Of a stretch of 64,000 nt of DNA, positions 1 through 7,870 are shown piece after piece; within the stretch, counting starts at the first letter, position 1; the number at the start of each line of letters is the position of its first letter. The translations under genes and the position numbers were made by a program. The DNA lies in the NCBI GenBank assembly GCA_030699825.1, contig JAUYKV010000069.1, forward strand, positions 8,421-72,420, read 5' to 3'. Below the pieces are notes generated by a model. It was given only the letters and a program-made list of their open reading frames with translations, made no database searches and was not told where the DNA came from. The DNA is from Pseudomonas sp. (GTDB lineage: Bacteria; Pseudomonadota; Gammaproteobacteria; Pseudomonadales; Pseudomonadaceae).

Positions 1-189
1 AGCGGCAAGCTCGGTGTCAGCGTGCAGAGCAGCGAGGGCGACAACGGCTCGCTCTATCAGCAATTGAGCGCGTACTGGAGCAAGCAACAGCTGTACTTCA
101 AGGCCGGCGCTTATATTCAGGACAATTACGGCCCGTCCAATGAAGGCGGGCGGGTGACTTTCTATCATGTGAACACCCAGCACCGCTGA
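1..189 (+). CDS. Polysaccharide lyase family 7 (alginate lyase), C-terminal fragment truncated by window edge
   Basis: Frame 1 reads SGKLGVSV...QQLYFKAGAYIQDNYGP...FYHVNTQHR*. YFKAGxYxQ is the PL7 C-terminal signature. The position upstream of nasA matches the Pseudomonas arrangement. Confidence 0.85.
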   Translation, partial: SGKLGVSVQSSEGDNGSLYQQLSAYWSKQQLYFKAGAYIQDNYGPSNEGGRVTFYHVNTQHR

Positions 190-299
190 GGGCGAACGGG
201 TAGCCAGGGCGGTGCATCATTCACCGGGCCGATAGCGCAAAATCGACAAAAGCCCACGTACAATTGCGCCGTCCTATCCCGCCTGCACGAGACCTGCCC

Positions 300-743
300 A
301 TGGCCCGCCTTGAACTCGAGTTCCCCGAAGACCAATACTGCTACAGCACCCATCTGACCGTGCGCGTGACCGACATCAACGCGGCCAACCACCTGGGTAA
401 CGACTCGATGATCTCGATGATCTCCGAGGCACGGGCGCGCTTCTTGTTCGAATTCGGCATTCACGAAACCCGCGCCGATGGCACCGGCATCATCGTCACC
501 GACCTTGCCACCACCTACCGCATGGAAGCGCATGCACGCGATCAGTTGCTGTTCGAGGTCGGCGTGATGGACTTCAACAAATACGGCGGCGACATCACCT
601 TCCGCATCACCCGCCCGGCGGATGGCAGCCTGGTGGCGATGGCCAAATCGGGCTTTGTTTTCTTCAATTACAGAACAGGTCAGGTAGTGGCGATGCCCGA
701 GTCGTTCAGCGTGCTGTTTCCCGCAGTCAATTGGCTCGAGTAA
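300..743 (+). CDS. Thioesterase family (hotdog fold, 4HBT-like) protein
   Basis: MARLELEFPE...VRVTDINAANHLGND resembles the 4HBT/YbgC motif; ATG at 300. Confidence 0.8.
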   Translation: MARLELEFPEDQYCYSTHLTVRVTDINAANHLGNDSMISMISEARARFLFEFGIHETRADGTGIIVTDLATTYRMEAHARDQLLFEVGVMDFNKYGGDITFRITRPADGSLVAMAKSGFVFFNYRTGQVVAMPESFSVLFPAVNWLE

Positions 744-768
744 CCGCCGGATGACACGCCTGGCTTGG

Positions 769-1275
<507 letters not shown>

Positions 1276-1311
1276 AAGTGTCGGTCAGTTTGCTCATGGA
1301 GAGATTAGGTC

Positions 1312-1376
1312 GTAGGTTGGGTTAGCGGCGGCTGCACGCCCGAGTAAGGCACAGCTTCGAGACGCCGCAACCCACC
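1312..1376. repeat. Degenerate REP-like element (GTAGGTTGGGTTAGCG...CGCAACCCACC)
   Basis: GTAG tetranucleotide followed by an imperfect palindrome, typical of Pseudomonas REPs. Confidence 0.45.
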
Positions 1377-1482
1377 AGCTCGCCCTATCTCGGCGCACAA
1401 CCAGGTGCCACGCCCCGTTTTACATCACACAACGGTCGATTTCGCCTCCGTACAGCCACCGAAAACCGCCTAGCTGCAGTGT

Positions 1483-1497
1483 TGGCTCAGCTCTTGC
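1483..1497 (+). promoter_or_regulatory. sigma54 (-24/-12) promoter of nasA
   Basis: TGGCTC-AGCTC-TTGC with GG-N10-GC spacing, directly upstream of the ANTAR leader. Confidence 0.8.
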
Positions 1498-1514
1498 TTT
1501 GGCATTGCCATAGG

Positions 1515-1600
1515 CAGCCAATGGCGGCTGTCCTCATGAACGACAAAGACGTCGCCTCACCCTCGCTCAAGTGCGATCTGTGACGCGGCGTTTTTTAGTT
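1515..1600 (+). promoter_or_regulatory. ANTAR (NasT) twin-hairpin antiterminator leader of nasA
   Basis: Hairpins CAGCC-AATGGC-GGCTG (1515-1530) and CGAC-AAAGAC-GTCG (1541-1554) both have hexaloops with A1/G4. The second overlaps a stem ending in GCGTTTTTT. Confidence 0.8.
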
Positions 1601-1797
1601 TCGGCCCCAGCGCTCGGGGCTGGTGACTCCTCTGCGATCCAGAGGTTCTGCTTGTCAATCTCTCAACCCAGCTGTGGCCTCGGCCGCAGGACCTTGCACC
1701 ACAAGTGCATGGCCTCCCCGCTCGGTTGCGCTCGCCGTGTCCACGACCACGACAAACCGCTACCGAGCGGGACTCTTATTTGCTGACGAGGTATTCG

Positions 1798-3009
1798 ATG
1801 AATAACAGTTTCTGGAAATCCGGCCATACACCGACGCTGTTCGCCGCCTTCCTCTATTTCGACTTGAGTTTCATGGTCTGGTACGTGCTTGGGCCGCTGG
1901 CGGTGCAGATCGCCACCGACCTGGAGCTGACTGCACAACAACGCGGCCTGATGGTCGCCACGCCGATTCTGGCCGGCGCAGTACTGCGCTTTTTCATGGG
2001 ATTGCTGGCCGATCGACTATCGCCCAAGACCGCTGGCCTGATGGGCCAGGTAGTGGTGATAACGGCACTGTTCTGTGCCTGGCAGATCGGCATCAGCAGT
2101 TATGAGCAAACCTTGTTGCTCGGCCTGTTCCTCGGTTTTGCCGGTGCCGCTTTTGCCGTCGCCTTGCCTCTGGCATCGCAGTGGTATCCGCCCGAGCACC
2201 AGGGTAAAGCCATGGGTATCGCCGGCGCGGGTAACTCCGGCACCGTATTGGCAGCGCTGTTCGCTCCCGGCCTGGCAGCCTTGTTCGGCTGGCAGAATGT
2301 GTTCGGCTGGGCACTGATTCCACTGCTGTTCACCCTGCTGATCTTCGCCTTGCTGGCCAAGAACGCACCGGAGCGGCCCAAGCCGAAATCCATGGCCGAC
2401 TACCTCAAGGCCCTGGGTGACCGCGACAGCTGGTGGTTCATGTTCTTCTACAGCGTTACTTTCGGCGGGTTCATTGGCCTGGCCAGTGCGCTGCCTGGCT
2501 ACTTCAACGACCAGTACGGCCTCAATCCGGTGACCGCCGGCTACTATACGGCGGCCTGCGTCTGCGCCGGCAGCCTGATGCGCCCGCTTGGCGGCGCCCT
2601 GGCCGACCGCATCGGCGGTATCCGCTCTCTGCTGGTGATGTACAGCGTCGCCTCGCTGAGCATAGCCGCCGTCGGTTTCAACCTGTCCAGTTCAACTGCG
2701 GCACTGGCCCTGTTCGTCACTGCCATGCTTGGCCTGGGCGCAGGCAATGGTGCGGTGTTTCAGTTGGTGCCGCAGCGCTTTCGCCGCGAAATTGGCGTGA
2801 TGACCGGCCTGATTGGCATGGCCGGCGGCATCGGCGGCTTCCTCCTGGCCGCAGGCCTGGGGGCGATCAAGCAACAGACCGGCGACTACCAGTTGGCGCT
2901 GTGGTTTTTTGCCAGTCTCGGTGTACTGGCCTGGTTCGGCCTGTATAGCGTCAAACGTCGCTGGCGCACCACCTGGGGCTCGGCCGCAGTGACCGCGGCA
3001 AGAGTGTAA
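1798..3009 (+). CDS. nasA: NarK/NasA-family MFS nitrate/nitrite transporter
   Basis: MNNSFWKSGHTPTLFAAFLYFDLSF; nitrate-signature motifs GIAGAGNSG and LGAGNGAVF; about 12 hydrophobic segments. Confidence 0.93.
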   Translation: MNNSFWKSGHTPTLFAAFLYFDLSFMVWYVLGPLAVQIATDLELTAQQRGLMVATPILAGAVLRFFMGLLADRLSPKTAGLMGQVVVITALFCAWQIGISSYEQTLLLGLFLGFAGAAFAVALPLASQWYPPEHQGKAMGIAGAGNSGTVLAALFAPGLAALFGWQNVFGWALIPLLFTLLIFALLAKNAPERPKPKSMADYLKALGDRDSWWFMFFYSVTFGGFIGLASALPGYFNDQYGLNPVTAGYYTAACVCAGSLMRPLGGALADRIGGIRSLLVMYSVASLSIAAVGFNLSSSTAALALFVTAMLGLGAGNGAVFQLVPQRFRREIGVMTGLIGMAGGIGGFLLAAGLGAIKQQTGDYQLALWFFASLGVLAWFGLYSVKRRWRTTWGSAAVTAARV

Positions 3010-3092
3010 GGCTGCTAATGTAGAGCGGGAGCAACCCGCCATCGTCGGCGGGCCCGCCTTTGCTCAACCCTCCCCCTTCAGGACACGCCGCC

Positions 3093-4760
3093 ATGGCCCT
3101 GCAACTCACCTTCGGCGAAGCCAGCTCGACCGGCCCGCGCCCAGAGAACCAGGACGCCATCCGCATGGTGACCCCGGCTCCGGCTCTGGCAGCGAGCAAA
3201 GGCTATTTGTTCGCCCTGGCCGACGGTGTCAGCCAATGCGCCGACGGCGGCCTGGCCGCCCGAGCGACCCTGCAAGCGCTGGCCCTGGACTACTATTCCA
3301 CCCCGGAAACCTGGGCGGTGGCGCAATCGCTGGATCGATTATTGGTCGCGCACAACCGCTGGCTGCAAGCCAATGGGGGCGGCCAACCGTTGCTGACCAC
3401 CCTCACCGCCCTGGTCCTGCGCGGCCGGCGTTTCACCCTGGCGCATGTCGGCGACTGCCGCGCCTACCGCTGGCACGACGGCCACCTTGAGCGCATCAGC
3501 GAGGACCATGTGTGGGAGCAACAGGGCATGCAGCATGTGCTCAAACGCGCCATGGGCCTGGATCAACACCTGGTGGTCGACTACCTGGACGGTGAACTGC
3601 GCGAGGGCGAGAGTTTCCTGATGGTCAGCGATGGCATCTGGGCGACACTCGGCGATCCGGGCATCCAGCGCATCCTGCACGATGAGCAGGATCCCGCCGC
3701 CGCCTGCCGCGCCCTGGTCAGTGCCGCTCATCTGGCCGGCAGCCAGGACAATGCCAGCGCCTTGCTGGTGAGGGTCGAAGGCCTGCCGGAAAGTGCCCTG
3801 GCCGACACCCTGGCGCAACTCGCGCATTGGCCCTTGCCGCCCAAGCTGCGCGAAGGCCAGGACTTCGAAGGCTGGCAGGTCGAGCGCCTGCTGGCCGAGT
3901 CGCGCCAGTCGCTGATCTACCGTGTACGCGATGCTCAGACGCGCCGCTGGCTATTGAAAACCCTGCCCGCCAGCCGCACCGACGAAGCGCAAGCCGGCCC
4001 TTCCCTGCTGCTCGAGGAATGGTTCTTGCGTCGGGTGGCCGGGCGCTACTTCGCCGAAGTCCATCCCCTGCCGCAACGCCAGCACCTGTACTACGTGCAG
4101 CGCGAATACGCCGGGCAGACCCTGGCCGAACAGATGCGGCTGTCCGGCCCGCTTGGTCTGCCCGAGTGGCTGGATCTCGCCCCGCGCCTGGTCAGAGCCC
4201 TGGGCATGCTGCACCGACGCAATATTCTGCACCGCGACATCAAGCCGGAAAACCTGTTGTGGGGTGACGACGGCGAACTGCGCGTGCTGGATTTCGGCCT
4301 GGCCTACTGCCCCGGCCTGTCCCGCGATGAGGCCAATGACCTGCCTGGCACCCCCAGCTACATTGCCCCGGAAGCATTTGCCGGCGTCGTGCCCAGCGCC
4401 CAGCAAGATCTCTATGCCGCGGGCGTGACCCTCTACCACCTGCTGACCGGCCACTATCCCTATGGCGAGATCGAGGCCTTCCAGCATCCACGTTTCGCCA
4501 GCTCGACGCCGGCCAGCCGTTATCGTCCCGACCTGCCGAACTGGATCGACGAGAGCCTCAGTCGCGCCGTCAGCGCCGACCCCAGGCATCGCTACGAGAC
4601 CGCCGAGGAGTGGTTGCTGGCCCTGGAACAGGGCGAGCGCCAGTCACTCAGCAGCCGGCCGCGCCCATTGCTCGAACGCGAGCCGGTAAAAGTCTGGCGC
4701 AGCGTGGCCCTGGTGTCCCTACTCGTGAACCTGAGCCTGCTGGTGCTATTGCTGAAGTAA
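3093..4760 (+). CDS. Bifunctional PP2C phosphatase / Ser-Thr kinase with C-terminal membrane anchor
   Basis: PP2C motifs NQD, ADG, HVGDCRAY, SDG, QDN; kinase motifs HRDIKPEN, DFG, GTPSYIAPE; hydrophobic C-terminus. Confidence 0.92.
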   Translation: MALQLTFGEASSTGPRPENQDAIRMVTPAPALAASKGYLFALADGVSQCADGGLAARATLQALALDYYSTPETWAVAQSLDRLLVAHNRWLQANGGGQPLLTTLTALVLRGRRFTLAHVGDCRAYRWHDGHLERISEDHVWEQQGMQHVLKRAMGLDQHLVVDYLDGELREGESFLMVSDGIWATLGDPGIQRILHDEQDPAAACRALVSAAHLAGSQDNASALLVRVEGLPESALADTLAQLAHWPLPPKLREGQDFEGWQVERLLAESRQSLIYRVRDAQTRRWLLKTLPASRTDEAQAGPSLLLEEWFLRRVAGRYFAEVHPLPQRQHLYYVQREYAGQTLAEQMRLSGPLGLPEWLDLAPRLVRALGMLHRRNILHRDIKPENLLWGDDGELRVLDFGLAYCPGLSRDEANDLPGTPSYIAPEAFAGVVPSAQQDLYAAGVTLYHLLTGHYPYGEIEAFQHPRFASSTPASRYRPDLPNWIDESLSRAVSADPRHRYETAEEWLLALEQGERQSLSSRPRPLLEREPVKVWRSVALVSLLVNLSLLVLLLK

Positions 4761-4769
4761 CCCGGCAAA

Positions 4770-4806
4770 CGCACCAGAACGGCGCAACACGCCTTATACA
4801 GGTGCA
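4770..4806. promoter_or_regulatory. Tandem NtrC-like binding sites upstream of the nirB promoter
   Basis: GCAC-CAGAACG-GCGC (4771-4785) and GCCT-TATACAG-GTGC (4791-4805) resemble GCAC-N7-GTGC. Confidence 0.6.
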
Positions 4807-4870
4807 ATGCATCACCGCCACGGCAGCCAAAAACGGCTCTAACCCGGGGATATTCAGACATTTGCCAAGT

Positions 4871-4886
4871 TGGCATAAGCCCTGCA
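4871..4886 (+). promoter_or_regulatory. sigma54 promoter of the nirBD-nitrate reductase-cobA operon
   Basis: TGGCATAAGCCCTGCA with GG-N10-GC spacing. Confidence 0.85.
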
Positions 4887-4899
4887 TTGATATACACAA

Positions 4900-5002
4900 A
4901 TTTAAATAAAGCGTGACCTCCAACGTTGGAGACCACGCTTCCCGAGACAACGGGACTTGGACAAAGGCGTCCTCGCTAGGTGACTAGCGGGACGCCTTTT
5001 TT
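4900..5002 (+). ncRNA. NalA-like nitrate-assimilation leader RNA (ANTAR hairpins plus intrinsic terminator)
   Basis: Hairpins CTCC-AACGTT-GGAG (4918-4931) and GGAC-AAAGGC-GTCC (4959-4972), both A1/G4 hexaloops. The second overlaps the terminator AAAGGCGTCCTCGCTAG-GTGA-CTAGCGGGACGCCTTTTTT. Confidence 0.82.
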
Positions 5003-5033
5003 GTTTTCCGGTTATGCGTGACGGTGAGGAACC

Positions 5034-7490
5034 ATGAAAAAACTCAAGCTGGTAATGATCGGTAACGGCATGGCCGGAGTCCGTACCCTTGAAGAGCTGA
5101 TCAAGCTCGCCCCCGACCTCTACGACATCACGGTGTTCGGTGCCGAGCCACACCCGAACTACAACCGCATCCTGCTTTCCCCGGTACTGGCCGGCGAGCA
5201 GACCTTCGAAGAGATCGTGCTCAACGACCTCAACTGGTACGCGGACAACGGCATCAAGCTATTGCTCGGGCGCAAAGTGCTGAAGATCGACCGCAAGGCG
5301 CGCGTAGTCGTAGCCGATGACGGCAGCGAGGCCGAGTACGACCGCCTGCTCATCGCCACCGGCTCCAACCCGTTTATCCTGCCGATCCCGGGCAAGGATC
5401 TGCAGGGCGTGATCGGCTACCGCGACATCGCCGACACCCAGATCATGATGAACACCGCCAAGACCCATAAGCATGCGGTGGTCATCGGCGGCGGTCTGCT
5501 CGGCCTGGAAGCGGCCAACGGCCTCAAGCTGCGCGGCATGGACGTCACCGTGGTGCATATCGGCGACTGGTTGCTGGAACGCCAGCTCGACGTCACCGCC
5601 GGTCGTTTGCTGCAGCAATCGCTGGAAGACCGCGGCCTGAAATTCCTCCTGCCCAAGCACACCGCCGAGCTGCTGGACAACGGCGAAGGCCGGGTCTGCG
5701 CGGTGAAGTTCAAGGACGGCGAGGTGATTCCCGCCGACCTGGTGGTGATGGCCGCCGGCATCCGCCCCAACAGCGAACTGGCGGAACAATCCGGGATCGC
5801 CTGCAACCGCGGCATCCTGGTCAACGACACCATGCAGACCTATGACCCGCGGGTCTACGCGATCGGCGAGTGCGCCAGCCACCGTGGTATCGCCTACGGT
5901 CTGGTGGCGCCGCTGTTCGAACAGGCCAAGGTCTGCGCCAACCACCTGGCCCAGCTCGGCTTCGCCCGCTATCAGGGCTCGGTGACCTCGACCAAGCTCA
6001 AGGTCACCGGCATCGACCTGTTCTCCGCCGGCGAATTCATGGGCGCCGAAGGCAGCGAGACCATCACCCTGTCCGACCCGATCGGCGGCGTGTACAAGAA
6101 GCTGGTGATCAAGGACAACGTGCTGGTCGGCGCCTGCCTGTACGGCGACACCGCCGACGGCGGCTGGTACTTCCGGCAGATCCGCGAGAACCACAACATC
6201 GGCCAGATCCGCGACCACCTGATGTTCGGCGAGAGCACCACCGGCGACGCCGGCCACCAGGGCCAGAACAGTGCCGCGAACATGCCCGACAGCGCCGAAG
6301 TGTGCGGTTGCAACGGCGTGTGCAAGGGCACCATCGTCAAGGCGATCCAGGAAAACGGTCTGTTCTCGGTGGACGAGATCAAAAAGCACACCAAGGCCGC
6401 CAGCTCCTGCGGTTCCTGCACCGGCCTGGTCGAGCAGATCCTGATCAGCACCGTGGGTGGTGCGGCAGACGTCAAACCCAAGAGCGAGAAGGCCATCTGT
6501 GGTTGCAGCGACTTCAACCACGGGCAGATCCGCAAGGCGATCCGCGAAGAGCACCTGACCCGCATGACGCAGACCATGGAGTTCCTCAACTGGAACACCC
6601 CGAACGGCTGTGCCACCTGCCGTCCGGCCCTGAACTACTACCTGATCGCCACCTGGCCGGGCGAGGCCAAGGACGACCCGCAGTCGCGCCTGATCAACGA
6701 ACGCGCCCACGCCAACATCCAGAAAGACGGCACCTACTCAGTGGTGCCGCGCATGTGGGGTGGCGTGACCACCCCCGCCGAACTGCGCCGCATCGCCGAT
6801 GTCGCCGACAAGTACCAAGTGCCCATGGTCAAGGTCACCGGCGGTCAGCGCATCGACCTGCTGGGGATCAAGAAGGACGATCTGCCGGGCGTCTGGAAGG
6901 ATCTCGACATGCCCTCGGGCCACGCCTACGGCAAGTCCATCCGCACCGTGAAGACCTGTGTCGGCAGCGAGTTCTGCCGCTTCGGCACGCAGAACTCGAC
7001 CCAACTGGGCATCGAGCTGGAGCACGACCTGTTCAACATGTGGGCGCCACACAAGGTCAAGCTGGCCGTCTCCGGTTGCCCGCGCAACTGCGCCGAAGCC
7101 GGCATCAAGGACGTCGGCATCATCGGCGTGGACTCCGGCTGGGAGATCTATATCGGTGGCAACGGCGGGATCAAGACCGAGGTCGCCGAGTTCTTCGTCA
7201 AGCTCAAGACCGCCGAGCAAGTGCGCGAATACAACGGCGCCTTCCTTCAGCTCTACCGCGAAGAAGCCTTCTATCTGGAGCGCACCGTGCATTACATGCA
7301 GCGCGTAGGCATGGATCACATCAAGAAGGCCGTGCTGGAAGACGAGGAAAACCGCAAGGCGCTCAATGCCCGTCTGCAGTTCGCCCTGTCCTTCGAGCAG
7401 GATCCATGGAAAGAGCGCATCGAACAGCCGCAACTGAAGAAAGAGTTCGAGCGCATCGTCATCACCCAAATCGAAGAGGAAATCCTATGA
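5034..7490 (+). CDS. nirB: Assimilatory nitrite reductase, large subunit
   Basis: FAD motif IGNGMAG, NADH motif IGGGLLGLE, BFD-like CGC...C..C motifs, siroheme/4Fe-4S motifs TCVGSEFC and SGCPRNC. Confidence 0.97.
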   Translation: MKKLKLVMIGNGMAGVRTLEELIKLAPDLYDITVFGAEPHPNYNRILLSPVLAGEQTFEEIVLNDLNWYADNGIKLLLGRKVLKIDRKARVVVADDGSEAEYDRLLIATGSNPFILPIPGKDLQGVIGYRDIADTQIMMNTAKTHKHAVVIGGGLLGLEAANGLKLRGMDVTVVHIGDWLLERQLDVTAGRLLQQSLEDRGLKFLLPKHTAELLDNGEGRVCAVKFKDGEVIPADLVVMAAGIRPNSELAEQSGIACNRGILVNDTMQTYDPRVYAIGECASHRGIAYGLVAPLFEQAKVCANHLAQLGFARYQGSVTSTKLKVTGIDLFSAGEFMGAEGSETITLSDPIGGVYKKLVIKDNVLVGACLYGDTADGGWYFRQIRENHNIGQIRDHLMFGESTTGDAGHQGQNSAANMPDSAEVCGCNGVCKGTIVKAIQENGLFSVDEIKKHTKAASSCGSCTGLVEQILISTVGGAADVKPKSEKAICGCSDFNHGQIRKAIREEHLTRMTQTMEFLNWNTPNGCATCRPALNYYLIATWPGEAKDDPQSRLINERAHANIQKDGTYSVVPRMWGGVTTPAELRRIADVADKYQVPMVKVTGGQRIDLLGIKKDDLPGVWKDLDMPSGHAYGKSIRTVKTCVGSEFCRFGTQNSTQLGIELEHDLFNMWAPHKVKLAVSGCPRNCAEAGIKDVGIIGVDSGWEIYIGGNGGIKTEVAEFFVKLKTAEQVREYNGAFLQLYREEAFYLERTVHYMQRVGMDHIKKAVLEDEENRKALNARLQFALSFEQDPWKERIEQPQLKKEFERIVITQIEEEIL

Positions 7491-7816
7491 GCTGGCTGGA
7501 TATCTGCGCCCTGGAAGAAATCAACCCGCTGGGTTCGCGCATAGTCGCCGGGCCCAAGGGCAATATCGCAATCTTTCGCACCTCGACCGATGAAGTGTTC
7601 GCCCTCGACGACCGCTGCCCGCACAAGGGCGGACCGCTGTCCCAGGGCCTGGTCTACGGCAAGCGTGTGGCCTGCCCGCTGCATAACTGGCAGATCGAGC
7701 TCGATTCCGGCCAAGCGGTGGCGCCGGACGTCGGTTGCGCACACCGCCATCAAGCCAAGGTCGAGAATGGCCGGGTGCTGCTGACCCTGAATACCGCCAC
7801 CGAATGTGCCCGATAG
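7487..7816 (+). CDS. nirD: Nitrite reductase small subunit (Rieske)
   Basis: MSWLDICALEEI...CPHKGGPL...CPLHNW; ATGA overlap with the nirB stop. Confidence 0.95.
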   Translation: MSWLDICALEEINPLGSRIVAGPKGNIAIFRTSTDEVFALDDRCPHKGGPLSQGLVYGKRVACPLHNWQIELDSGQAVAPDVGCAHRHQAKVENGRVLLTLNTATECAR

Positions 7817-7870
7817 GTCATTGCTAGGCCGCGCCCCGCACGGCGCGGCCTAGCCGATTACCGCAGAGAG

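Noticed and set aside
1393-1410. GCACAACCAGGTGC as an NtrC site for nasA
   Set aside because: The spacing is N6 rather than N7; plausible but too weak to call
5870-7486. 648-aa ORF apparently fusing a long Arg-rich region to NirD
   Set aside because: It is an off-frame overlap with nirB; the true nirD starts at ATG 7487 after a GAGGA RBS
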